Source: Macrostomum lignano
Taxonomy: Eukaryota
Direction of reading: 5' to 3'
Length of the DNA: 64,000 bases
NCBI GenBank assembly: GCA_002269645.1
Contig: NIVC01000811.1
Coordinates: forward strand, 62,001-126,000
The notes below the pieces were generated by a model. That model searched no databases, was not told the DNA's origin, and saw only the letters and a list, made by a program, of their open reading frames with translations. This document shows, in pieces, positions 12,021 to 23,900 of this stretch (position 1 is the first letter of the stretch; every line of letters begins with the position of its first letter). A program made the position numbers and the translations under genes.

Positions 12021-12499
12021 AAGCAGTCAGTTGAAATCTCAGCTTCAGTGCTGACGCTACTCATGCCTTCTGTAATGCTGGCTCAGCAGCTCTCAGACTT
12101 TATTTTGGTCAGTTCTGCTTTTGCTGACTTGATTTTCCTGTCAGTTGCTTCCGTGCTGCAAATTGCTGCTTTTTTGAGCTGTGCTCAAATTCTTCCTGTT
12201 CTCTCATGTGCCGCCGTTTTTAACTGTTTTGTTTTACTTGTTTCAGTGTTTGTTTAAATGTCCATTTCAAATTTGTTAAAATGCTGTGTCAGGCTCTGCC
12301 ACTCCCATTGCTACTCAAAGTAGAGCAGGCTGATTCTGTGCTCTAATGGCTCAGGCATCTCAACTGACCTCAGGCCACGGCTGTCAGCATTTCATTGTTT
12401 ATTGCTGAGCAGCTGGGACTCAGGCTGGGATCTCCCCAGATCCTCAGGGCTGGTGCAATCCACTGGGGTCCTCGCGATTCTTCCCAACGTCTGTCTCTT

Positions 12500-14965
12500 T
12501 GGTTTCTGTGGTGTTCTCCCTGATCCCTGTGATCTCCCTGATCCCCGTGTTCAGCTCCCTAATCCCTGTGTTCTCCCTTATCCCTGTGTTCTCCCTGATC
12601 CCTGATCCCCGTGTTCAGCTCCCTAATCCCTGTGTTCTCCCAGATCCCTGTGTTCTCCCTGATCCCTGTGATCTCCCTAATCCCTGTGTTCTCCCTGATC
12701 CCTGTGATCTCCCTGATCCCTGTGATCTCCCTGATCCCTGTGTTCTCCCTGATCCCTGTGATATCCCTGATCCCTGTGTTCTCCCTGATCCCTGTGATCT
12801 CCCTGATCCCTGTGATCTCCCTGATCCCCGTGTTCTCCCTGATCCCTGTGATATCCCTGATCCCTGTGTTCTCCCTAATCCCTGTGTTCTCCCTAATCCC
12901 TGTGTTCTCCCTGATCCCTGTGTTCTCCCTAATCCCTGTGTTCTCCCTGATCCCTGTGATCTCCCTGATCCCCGTGTTCAGCTCCCTAATCCCTGTGTTC
13001 TCCCTAATCCCTGTGTTCTCCCTGATCCCTGTGATCTCCCTGATCCCTGTGTTCCCCCTGATCCCTGTGTTCTCCCTGATCCCTGTGATCTCCCTGATCC
13101 CTGTGTTCTCCCTGATCCCTGTGATATCCCTGATCCCTGTGTTCTCCCTGATTCCTGCTGTGTTCTCCCTGATCCCTGTGATCTCCCTGATCCCTGTGTT
13201 CTCCCTGATCCCTGTGTTCTCCCTGATCCCTGTGTTCTCCCTGATCCCTGTGATATCCCTGTGTTCTCCCTGATCCCTGTGATATCCCTGTGTTCTCCCT
13301 GATCCCTGTGATATCCCTGTGTTCTCCCTGATCCCTGTGTTCTCCCTGATCCCTGTGTTCTCCCTAATCCCTGTGTTCTCCCTGATCCCTGTGATCTCCC
13401 TGATCCCTGTGTTCTCCCTGATCCCTGTGTTCTCCCTGATCCCTGTGTTCTCCCTGATCCCTGTGATATCCCTGATCCCTGTGTTCTCCCTGATCCCTGT
13501 GTTTTCCCTGATCCCTGTGATATCCCTGATCCCTGTGTTCTCCCTAATCCCTGTGATATCCCTGATCCCTGTGATATCCCTGATCCCTGTGTTCTCCCTG
13601 ATCCCTGTGTTCTCCCTGATCCCTGTGTTCTCCCTGATTCCTGCTGTGTTCTCCCTGATCCCTGTGATCTCCCTGATCCCTGTGTTCTCCCTGATCCCTG
13701 TGTTCTCCCTGATCCCTGTGTTCTCCCTGATTCCTGCTGTGTTCTCCCTGATCCCTGTGATCTCCCTGATCCCTGTGTTCTCCCTGATCCCTGTGATATC
13801 CCTGATCCCTGTGTTCTCCCTAATCCCTGTGATATCCTTGATCCCTGTGATATCCCTGATCCCCGTGTTCTCCCGGATCCCTGTGATATCCCTGATCCCT
13901 GTGTTCTCCCTAATCCCTGTGTTCTCCCTAATCCCTGTGTTCTCCCTGATCCCTGTGTTCTCCCTAATCCCTGTGTTCTCCCTGATCCCTGTGATCTCCC
14001 TGATCCCCGTGTTCAGCTCCCTAATCCCTGTGTTCTCCCTAATCCCTGTGTTCTCCCTGATCCCTGTGATCTCCCTGATCCCTGTGTTCCCCCTGATCCC
14101 TGTGATATCCCTGATCCCTGTGTTCTCCCTGATCCCTGTGTTCTCCCTGATCCCTGTGATATCCCTGATCCCTGTGTTCTCCCTGATCCTTGTGTTCTCC
14201 CTGATCCCTGTGATCTCCCTGATCCCTGTGTTCTCCCTGATCCCTGTGTTCTCCCTGATCCCTGTGATATCCCTGTGTTCTCCCTGATCCCTGTGATATC
14301 CCTGTGTTCTCCCTGATCCCTGTGATATCCCTGTGTTCTCCCTGATCCCTGTGTTCTCCCTGATCCCTGTGTTCTCCCTAATCCCTGTGTTCTCCCTGAT
14401 CCCTGTGATCTCCCTGATCCCTGTGTTCTCCCTGATCCCTGTGTTCTCCCTGATCCCTGTGTTCTCCCTGATCCCTGTGATATCCCTGATCCCTGTGTTC
14501 TCCCTGATCCCTGTGTTTTCCCTGATCCCTGTGTTCTCCCTGATCCCTGTGATATCCCTGATCCCTGTGTTCTCCCTAATCCCTGTGATATCCCTGATCC
14601 CTGTGATATCCCTGATCCCTGTGTTCTCCCTGATCCCTGTGTTCTCCCTGATCCCTGTGTTCTCCCTGATTCCTGCTGTGTTCTCCCTGATCCCTGTGAT
14701 ATCCCTGATCCCTGTGATCTCCCTGATCCCTGTGTTCTCCCTGATCCCTGTGTTCTCCCTGATTCCTGCTGTGTTCTCCCTGATCCCTGTGATATCCCTG
14801 ATCCCTGTGTTCTCCCTAATCCCTGTGATATCCTTGATCCCTGTGATATCCCTGATCCCCGTGTTCTCCCGGATCCCTGAAATCTCCCTGATCCCTGTGT
14901 TCTCCCTGATCCCTGAAATCTCCCTGATTGCCGTGTTCTCCCTGATCCCTGTGTTCTCCCTGACC
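12500..14965. repeat. 18-bp minisatellite, ~2.5 kb, with ~1014-bp higher-order duplication
   Basis: Unit GATCCCTGTG(TT/AT)CTCCCT. A distinctive variant block at ~13252 recurs at ~14266. Confidence 0.96.
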
Positions 14966-15165
14966 CTCCCTCCTGACAAAGCTGTCAGCTGTTCCTGACC
15001 CTCCTGACAATGCTGTCAGCTGTCCCTGACCCTCCTGACAAGGCTGTCAGCTGTCCCTGACCCCCCTGACAATGCTGTCAGCTGTCCCTGACCCTCCTGA
15101 CAAGGCTGTCAGCTGTCCCTGACAATGCTGTCAGCTGTCCCTGACCCATCTGACAATGCTGTTAA
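14966..15165. repeat. ~31-bp tandem repeat
   Basis: Unit CCTGACAA(T/G)GCTGTCAGCTGTCCCTGACCCT. Confidence 0.88.
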
Positions 15166-15425
15166 GCTGGAGTTTCCATCACGCAGAGCTGCAGTCCGAG
15201 CTCCTTGTGAATTCTGTGAGCCAATTGACCTTTTCTCTGCCGTGAGCCACGGCTGGTGACAACTGTTGAATTTGTACTTTTAACTTCTCTCTGAGACTTC
15301 TCTGCCTGCGATGCCCCTCAGTTTTGCTCATTTTGCTCCGCATGGCAACCGACTTTATTGTCCCTGGAGACCGTTGTCAAGGCCTGCTGTGTATTTGCTG
15401 AGAATTCTATCCGTACCCATAGCCT

Positions 15426-15627
15426 GCACACCTCAATGCTGCCAACACTGCTGCCTTGTATGCTTAAAACACCTCAATGCTGACTCACTGCTGTCAACAT
15501 TGCTGCCTTGTATGCTTAAAACACCTCAATGCTGACTCACTGCTGTCAACATTGCTGCCTTGTATGCTTAAAACACCTCAATGCTGACTCACTGCTGTCA
15601 ACATTGCTGCCTTGTATGCTTAAAACA
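15426..15627. repeat. 52-bp tandem repeat, ~3.5 copies
   Basis: Unit CACCTCAATGCTGACTCACTGCTGTCAACATTGCTGCCTTGTATGCTTAAAA. Confidence 0.9.
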
Positions 15628-16099
15628 TTTCACTTGTCACATTTGTCTCCGTGACGGCACATCAATAAAAGTGGATATTGAAGCCATCTCAGTGTTTATA
15701 AACAAATTTCAATTAACCAAAAGCTGTTCAAGCCTTAATTTTTTTATTTTTTGTTAAACTTTTAGTAAACAACAAAAACTTAAACAGCAAGGTGCAAAAT
15801 AAACCATAAAGATGTCAAATTTAAATGATTGATAATTAACATTAATTGGAGAGCAGCTGACAAATCACCGATCAGTTTTCATGGTTTGGAATTTGGAGAA
15901 TTGAAATAATGACAGTTTTGAGTCCTCAGTCTGAAAGCTTAAATATTCGATGAAATTCGAAATGGCGCTCAGGTGATACGGATCAATTGTTTAATTAATT
16001 CGTTCTAACTAATAAAACTACTTGATTAATATGCTGTCTAATTTCACTACTGCATAAATAGTTTTATTCAGAACTGCAGAAAATAAAAAATATCCACCA

Positions 16100-16581
16100 A
16101 CCTCAGTGACACTCCAGCTCAGTCAGTGACACCCCAGCTCAGTCAGTGACACTCCAGCTCAGTCAGTGACACCCCAGCTCCGTCAATGACACCCCAGCTC
16201 AGTCAGTGACACCCCAGCTCAATCAGTGACACCCCAGCTCAGTCAGTGACACCCCAGCTCGGTCAGTGACACCCCAGCTCAGTCAGTGACACCCCAGCTC
16301 AATGAGTGACACCCCAGCTCAGTCAGTGACACCCCAGCTCGGTCAGTGACACCCCAGCTCAGTCAGTGACACCCCGCTCAGCCAGTGACACCCCAGCTCG
16401 GTCAGTGACACCCCAGCTCAGTCAGTGACACCCCAGCTCAGTCAGTGACACCCCAGCTCAGCCAGTGACACCCCAGCTCAGTCAGTGACACCCCAGCTCA
16501 GTCAGTGACACCCCAGCTCAGTCAGTGACACCCCCAGTTCAGTCAGTGACACCCCAGCTCAGTCAGTGACACCCCAGCTCA
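16100..16581. repeat. 20-bp minisatellite starting at the transketolase stop codon
   Basis: Unit CAGTGACACCCCAGCTCAGT, ~24 copies. Confidence 0.95.
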
Positions 16582-16981
16582 GGCCAGCATCTCCAGCGCC
16601 GCCCGCACGATGGCCTCCGAGTCGATGCCGAACATCGCCAGCAGCTCCTGCGACTTGCCGCTGCGAGGCACCGCGCCCACGGCCAGGCGGCGGACGGGAA
16701 CTCCGGGCAGAGAGGCCGCCACCGCCTCGCCCAGGCCGCCCTCGGGGTAGTGGTCCTCCACGGTCAGCACCCGGTTGCCGGTGGCGGCGGCGCTCTGGCG
16801 GAGCAGCTCGGCGTCGATGGGCTTGACGGTGAACGGGTCGACGACTCGGACTGCGATGCCCCTCTTGGCGAGCTGGTCGGCTGCGGCCAGCGCCTCCGTG
16901 ATGGTGACGCCCGCGCCAACGATGGTGAGCTGAAGGAGGAGGGAGATGGTTGGCTCTGCGTGTCTGTCTGTCTGTCTGTCC

Positions 16982-17047
<66 letters not shown>

Positions 17048-17124
17048 GTGTCTGTCTGTCTGTCTGTCTGACTGCCTGTCTGTCTCTCTGTCTGTCTGTG
17101 TCTGTGTGTCTGTCTGTGTCTGTG

Positions 17125-17155
<31 letters not shown>

Positions 17156-17298
17156 GTGTCTGTTAGTCTCTCTGTCTGTCTGTGTCTGTCTGTCTGTCTG
17201 TCTGTCTGTGTCTGTCTGTCTTAGTGTCTGTTTTAGTGTCTGTCTGTCTGCCTTTCTGTCTGTCTGTCTATCTGTCTGTGTCTGTCTGTCTGTCTGTG

Positions 17299-17363
<65 letters not shown>

Positions 17364-17524
17364 GACTGTCTGTCTGTCTCTCTGTCTGTCTATCTGTCTG
17401 TATGTCTGTCTGTCTGTCTGTCTGTGTCTGTCTGTCTTAGTGTCTGTTTTAGTGTCTGTCTGTCTGCCTTTCTGTCTGTCTGTCTATCTGTCTGTGTCTG
17501 TCTGTCTGTCTGTGTGTCTGTCTG

Positions 17525-17569
<45 letters not shown>

Positions 17570-17576
17570 GTCTGTG

Positions 17577-17611
<35 letters not shown>

Positions 17612-17632
17612 GTCTGTCTGTGTGTCTGTCTG

Positions 17633-17681
<49 letters not shown>

Positions 17682-17688
17682 GTCTGTG

Positions 17689-17731
<43 letters not shown>

Positions 17732-17742
17732 GTGTCTGTCTG

Positions 17743-17795
<53 letters not shown>

Positions 17796-17802
17796 GTCTG
17801 TG

Positions 17803-17833
<31 letters not shown>

Positions 17834-17878
17834 GTCTGTCTGTCTTAGTGTCTGTTTTAGTGTCTGTCTGTCTGCCTT

Positions 17879-17911
<33 letters not shown>

Positions 17912-20900
17912 GTGTCTGTCTGTCTGTGTGTCTGTCTGTCTGACTGTCTGTCTGTCTCTCTGTCTGTCTGTGTCGGTGTGTCTGTCTGTGTCTGTGTGTC
18001 TGTCTGTCTGTCTTAGTGTCTGCCTGCCTGCCTGTCTGTCTGTCTGTCCGTCACCAGCTCAGCAGCCCCGCAGACCTTATCCGCCTCGGACTGGCGCACC
18101 AGATGCCCCTTGCCCACGGCAAAGGCGGTGTCATCTCCGTACAGGACGGGCTGGTTCGGCCTGCCGGTGCGGATGAAGCAGATGCCGCTGGTGTTGGCCG
18201 CCAGCTCCACGGCCCGCTCGGCGCTGACAGCATCAGACGGGTAGAAGACGGTGGAGCCGGGCAGAGAGCGGAACATGGCGAGGTCCTCCAGGGCCATCTG
18301 GCTCGGCCCGTCCTCGCCGATGCTGACGCCGGCGTGGCTGCCAGCGAAGTTCGCGTCGGTCTGGCTGATGGCCGCCATGCGCAGCTGGTCGAAGGTGCGC
18401 GTCAGGAAGGCGGCGAAGGTCGAGACGAAGACGACCCGGCGACGGCGAGCGGCTATGCCGACGGCGACACCGACCATGTTCTGCTCGGCGATGAAGCACT
18501 CGATGAAGCGGTCGGGGAAGGCCTGCGGTTTTTGAGGTGGGGATCAGCATGATCTGGGGATTTTTATCCCTAAGACTGCGAGTTCTATTAGTGAGGCTTC
18601 AGTCTCCCAAATCCCATCAGCTGAGTTTTCAGTCTATCAAATCCCATCAGTGAGGCTTCAGTCTCCCAAATCCCAAAAGTGAGGCTTCAGTCTCCCAAAT
18701 CCCATCAGCTGAGTTTTCAGTCTATCAAATCCCATCAGTGAGGCTTCAGTCTCCCAAATCCCAAAAGTGAGGCTTCAGTCTCCCGAATCCCATCAGCTGA
18801 AGCTTCAGTCTCCCAATCCAATCAGTGAGGCTTCAGTCTCCCAAATCCCATCAGCAGAGGCTTCAGTCTCCTAAATCCCATCAGCTGAGGTTTCAGTCTC
18901 CCAAATCCCATCAGCAGAGGCTTCAGTCTCCCAAATCCCATCAGCTGAGGTTTCAGTCTCCCAAATCCCATCAGTGAGGCTTCAGTCTCCCAAACCCCAT
19001 CAGTGAGGCTTCAGTCTCCCAAATCCCATTAACTGAGGCTTCAGTCTCCCAAATCCCATCAGCTGAGGCTTCAGTCTTCAAATCCCATCAGTGAGCTCCC
19101 AAATCCCATCAGTGAGGCTTCAGTCTCCCAAATCCCATCAGCTGAGGCTTCAGTCTTCAAATCCCATCAGTGAGCTCCCAAATCCCATCAGTGAGGCTTC
19201 AGTCTCCCAAATCCCATCAGTGAGGCTTCAGTCTCCCAAATCCCATCAGTGAGGCTTTCAGTCTCCCATATCCCAAAAGTGAGGCTTCAGTCTCCCAAAT
19301 CCCATCAGCAGAGTCTTCAGTCTCCCTAATGCCGCCCCAGCTCACCTGGGCGAACTTCAAGCTGAAGGTGGAATTCTTGGTGTCGCCGTCCAGAGCCACC
19401 ACCCGCCGGCTCGCCTCCCCCAGCTTCACCAGCGCGTTGCCGTAGGCCAGGCGGGTCGCCACCTGCTCGCCCAGCTTGTAGCCGGGAGGCCGCGACAGCC
19501 GCAGCGCGGCTTCCTCGCCGCCGGCGTCCAGCGGGGCGGGGGCGGACTCGGTGGGCATCGCCGGACAGAGGCCAGGGGCCGGGCCGGACAGCGCGTCCCG
19601 GATGTTGGCGAGGGCGGAGTCCGTCTTGGCGCCCAGCGGCTTGCCGTGGTAGTCCAGCTGGTCCTCGACTCCGATGAAGCCCTTACCCTGGGGTGGGATT
19701 CAAGTGGGAAATTTATTGGTGGGATTCAAGTGGGATATTTATGGATGGGATTCAAGTGGGATTCAGGTGCGATTCAGGCGGAATATACCTGCCGCATACC
19801 TTGAAGGTCACAGCCACAATGCAGCTGGGCTTGTCCTTAACCCTGGAAGCCTCATCAAAGCCAGCCACCAGCTGCTCAACGTTGTGCCCGTCAAGCACGA
19901 TGGCGTGCCAGCCGAAGGCCTCCATGCGGGCTTTGTACACCTCGGCGGAGTGCTGCAGCGGCGTCGGGTCCGACTGGCCCAGCCGGTTCACGTCCAGGAT
20001 GGCGACCAGGTTGTCCAGGCGGTAGTGCGCGGCGAAGGCGGCCGCCTCCCAGATGCTGCCCTCGGCTGATTCACCGTCGCCAATGACGCAGAAGACCCGG
20101 TAGCTGAGCTTGTCCATGTGCTTGCCGGCGTGGGCCATGCCCGCCGCGAAGCTCAGGCCCTGCGGGATGCCGGATATCGATTAGCGATAATGGGCGATAC
20201 TGATGGATATCGATTAGCGATAATGAGCGATACTGATGGATATCGATTAGCGAAATGGGCGATACTGATGGATATCGATTAGCGATAATGAGCGATATTG
20301 ATGGATATTGATTAGCGATAATGGCCGATACTGATGGATATCGATTAGCGATAATGGGGGATACTGATGGATATCGATTAGCGATAATGAGCGATACTGA
20401 TGGATATCGATTAGCGATAATGAGCGATACTGATGGATATCGATATCGATTAGCGTTAATGAGCGATACTGATGGATATCGATTAGCGATAATGGCCGAT
20501 ACTGATGAATATCGATTAGCGATAATGGCCGATACTGATGAATATCGATTAGCGATAATGGGAAATAATGACGGGTATCGATTTGCAGTAATTTTTTATA
20601 CTGATGTATATCGATAAGCAATAATGGACAATACTGATGGATATCGATTAGCGATAATAGCTGATACTTGTGGATATGCATTATTGATAATGAAACACTG
20701 GCTAATCGATGATTCGATAATGTCGAAAGATTAAATCGAAGATTAAACCACCCACCTGACCAAGCGATCCAGTGGCCACATCAACAAAGCTCAGTCTCGG
20801 AGTTGGATGACCCTCCAAATCGCTGCTAATCTTGCGCAGGTTTAACAGCTCGCTAGCTGGGAACAGGCCAGCTTCTGCCCAGGCAGCATAGAGGATTGGA

Positions 20901-23900
20901 GCAGCATGGCCCTGGATTGTGTGGCAGACAAATGCACAAAAATATGGTCAACACTTTTTAGTCTAATGGGACAAGCCTAAGTAATGACACTTATGTACTA
21001 AACCTACCTTGGACAGAATAAACCGATCATTAGTATAGAGTTTTGGCTCCTTCACAGAATACTTCATGGTGTGGAAGAACAGTACAGACATAATCTCTGC
21101 CATTGAAGCGCATGATGTTGGGTGTCTGAAAATAGGAATAATCATAAAATAGAAAGTAAATAAAATAAAAACAGTTATAATAACGAATAATATTCAAGCA
21201 GTGGTGCAAAATACTATTTAAAAACTCTTTAACATTCTGTTAAAAAATATAGGATTTTTAAATCAGTGATCCATTACTTCTTATTATTGAAAGTACTATT
21301 TTGTTAGAGTTCTACTGTAGCTGTAGCTGCATGAAATTATGAGTAGATATGGTAATGGGAACAAATATTTCATATATATAGTAATATTAGCCAATTTATA
21401 TCTAAGTCTTAAAAGACAGAAGATCATTTGAGCTCTTAATTTCATAGGTGGAATAAAAAATAAATGAATATTGCTATTTACAAAGCTTTGTCAGGGAATT
21501 CCTACAGTTGGAAACTCAAGCAACAAAGTTTGTTGCTACTATCTCTAACTATAAAAATCAAAACTCTGTGTGTCTGTGTGTGTGTCTGTGTGTGGACAAT
21601 TTTGATCGCTATGGACTCCCAAACCGCTCAACCAAATTACACCAAACTTTACACCCACCCTAAACTTGCTACGGAGAATGTCTTAGGCTACCTTTTAATT
21701 TCCTAAATTTGAGTCTTCCTACCTAAAAGTGCAAAAAACTGCTCAAAATGCGCAATTTTTTCACTAAATCCTCCATAGCGCCGCTCCACTTCTACCGATT
21801 CTCTTCAAATTTGACACAGACAATTTTCAACTATTTTGGCACAATCATGTAAAATTTCGAGTCTGAAAGTTAATCCTGAACGGCGCTGTGCACTTTTAAA
21901 GTTTGGCTGTTTTTTTCAGCGAGGCAGCCACCCCAACCTCCGCCCGCCTGCCTCTCTTTCCCGATCTGGGCCCAGATGTGTAAAAGGGTTTCAAAATTGA
22001 CTAACTTTCAGCTGCCATAAGTTTGCTCCAAATAAAGCGATTGACTTCAAACTTGACACAATTCTTCATTGACTTATTCTCTGTCTAAATGTAAAGTTTC
22101 AACTCTCTAACTCAACAGAACAGAAACTGTAAACATGTAAAGTTTGTCTGCTTTTTCTGTTGTTTGTGCCACTCACTCACTCATTCCCCCAGAGCCAGAC
22201 GAAGGGTCAGGCGATAGGGCTCAATGTACATAGCGAGTGTACAGTGTTTTGGAATAGCTTTTTAATAGCCCTCTCTGTACCCCCGGAGAGGCGTGGAGAG
22301 GAGAGACAGTTTAGCGAGAGATTCAAACCACTGTCCTCTGTACTGTATGGACATAGACAGTCTGCAGCAGTTTAACAGTGGATTGCAAATCAAGAGTCAA
22401 GACAATGTGGGATGGTTTGTAAAAATAGCGAAAAACTAATGAATAACTGTTTACAATGCAATCCTACTAAATTAGTTAGTTACACCATGAAGCTTTTAAC
22501 ATTAAGATTCGCATAAGGTAACTTTAAAATTTAAATGGCTCCTAAGAAATGCGTATTTCCTTGGTTGTTAGACTGCTGTAGAGTTCCAGCTGTGGTGGTG
22601 GAGCTGGAGTTACACAAATTCCTCTCAGGGCTGCTAATTGGCCAGAAAGATGCCGTGATTAAAGCATGAGAAATGATAACAATGATAGTACTATGTCCCA
22701 CAAACTGGCTTTCAAAGCAGGGATCGGCAGATTTTTACCTGAACGGGCCAGATAAAGAATCCAGCTCATGGCTGTGGGCCAGATGAGAGTGAAAAGGAAA
22801 AGGAATAGACTATTAGAAAGGGAGGAGGGGCGAGAGGGGGATAAGAGAAAAGATAGAAGATATCAGGAGAGACGAGGGGGTGAGGAGAGAGCAGAGAATA
22901 TGGGAGGAAGAAGCGAGAGAAGGGGAGAGAGGAGGGAGAGGAAAGAGTAGAGGTGAGAAGAGGGAGAGAGAAGAATGGAGAGAGGAGATAAGAGATGAGA
23001 GAGTTGAAAAAGAAGACAGGAGAAAGGAGAGATGATAGAGTAAAAGGAAGAGGAGGAGAGAGGAAAGAGATTATATTGCAGAGATGAGGGAGATGAAAGG
23101 AAAGATGAGAGAGTAGAGATGGGAGATGAAGGAAGAGAGAGCAGAATACAGAGAGACAAGAGAAGAGAATAGAGGGGAGAGAGTATACAAGAGGGAAGAG
23201 AAGAGAGGAGTAGGAAAGAGAGGAGTCAGAAGAGGAGAAAGAAAGAGTACACAGGAGATAGGAGAGTAGAGACGATAGAAGAGAGAGGGGAATGAGAGAG
23301 CAAAGATGAGTGTGAACAAAGGATATATGAGAGGAGAGAGGAGAATGGAGAGAGAAGAGAGAAGACAAGAGAGGGAGAGAGTATAGAAGAGGGAAGAGAA
23401 GAGGCGAGAAGAAAGAAGAAAGGAAAGAGAGTCCTGAGTCAAAAGATGGGAAAGAGAAGAATACAAGAGGAGAGAGGTGAGAGAACATATGAGAGTAAAA
23501 ACGACAGATGACAGAAGGGAGATGAGATAGCGGAAACGAGAGTCAACAGACGAGAGATGAGAGAGTAGAGAGAAAAGAGGAGAGATAAGAAATAAGCGAT
23601 GAGAGGTGGAGACAAGGGAGAGATGAGAAGTGAGTGAGGAGAGAGGAGGGGAGGGGAGAGAATCTGAGTGAGGAGAGAGGAGGGGAGGGGAGAGAATCTG
23701 AGTGAGGAGAGAGGATGGGAGGGGAGAGAATCTGAGTGAGGAGAGAGGATGGGAGGGGAGAGAATCGAGAGGCCAGGGGAAATTGGTGTAAAGGAGAAGA
23801 TAGGAGAGGAAAGAGGGGAGAGATTAGAGAGAAGAGAGATGAGAGGAGAGAGAGAAAGGGGGAGAGGAGAGAGAGCAGATAGAAATGAGAAAAGAGAAGA

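Noticed and set aside
12020-12260. Minus-strand charged, coiled-coil-like reading (KTAAHERTG...KIKSAKAELTKIK)
   Set aside because: Interrupted by stops, with no recognisable family and no clear splice context.
12559-14979. 806-aa ORF (GIRENT repeats) and overlapping LIPVFS/PDPCVL ORFs
   Set aside because: Stop-free translations of an 18-bp minisatellite in several frames and both strands, with no unique domain.
16950-18176. 408-aa VCLS ORF and similar ORFs at 38454-39195 and 51411-51736
   Set aside because: Translations of (CTGT)n microsatellites; the first lies within a tkt intron on the opposite strand.
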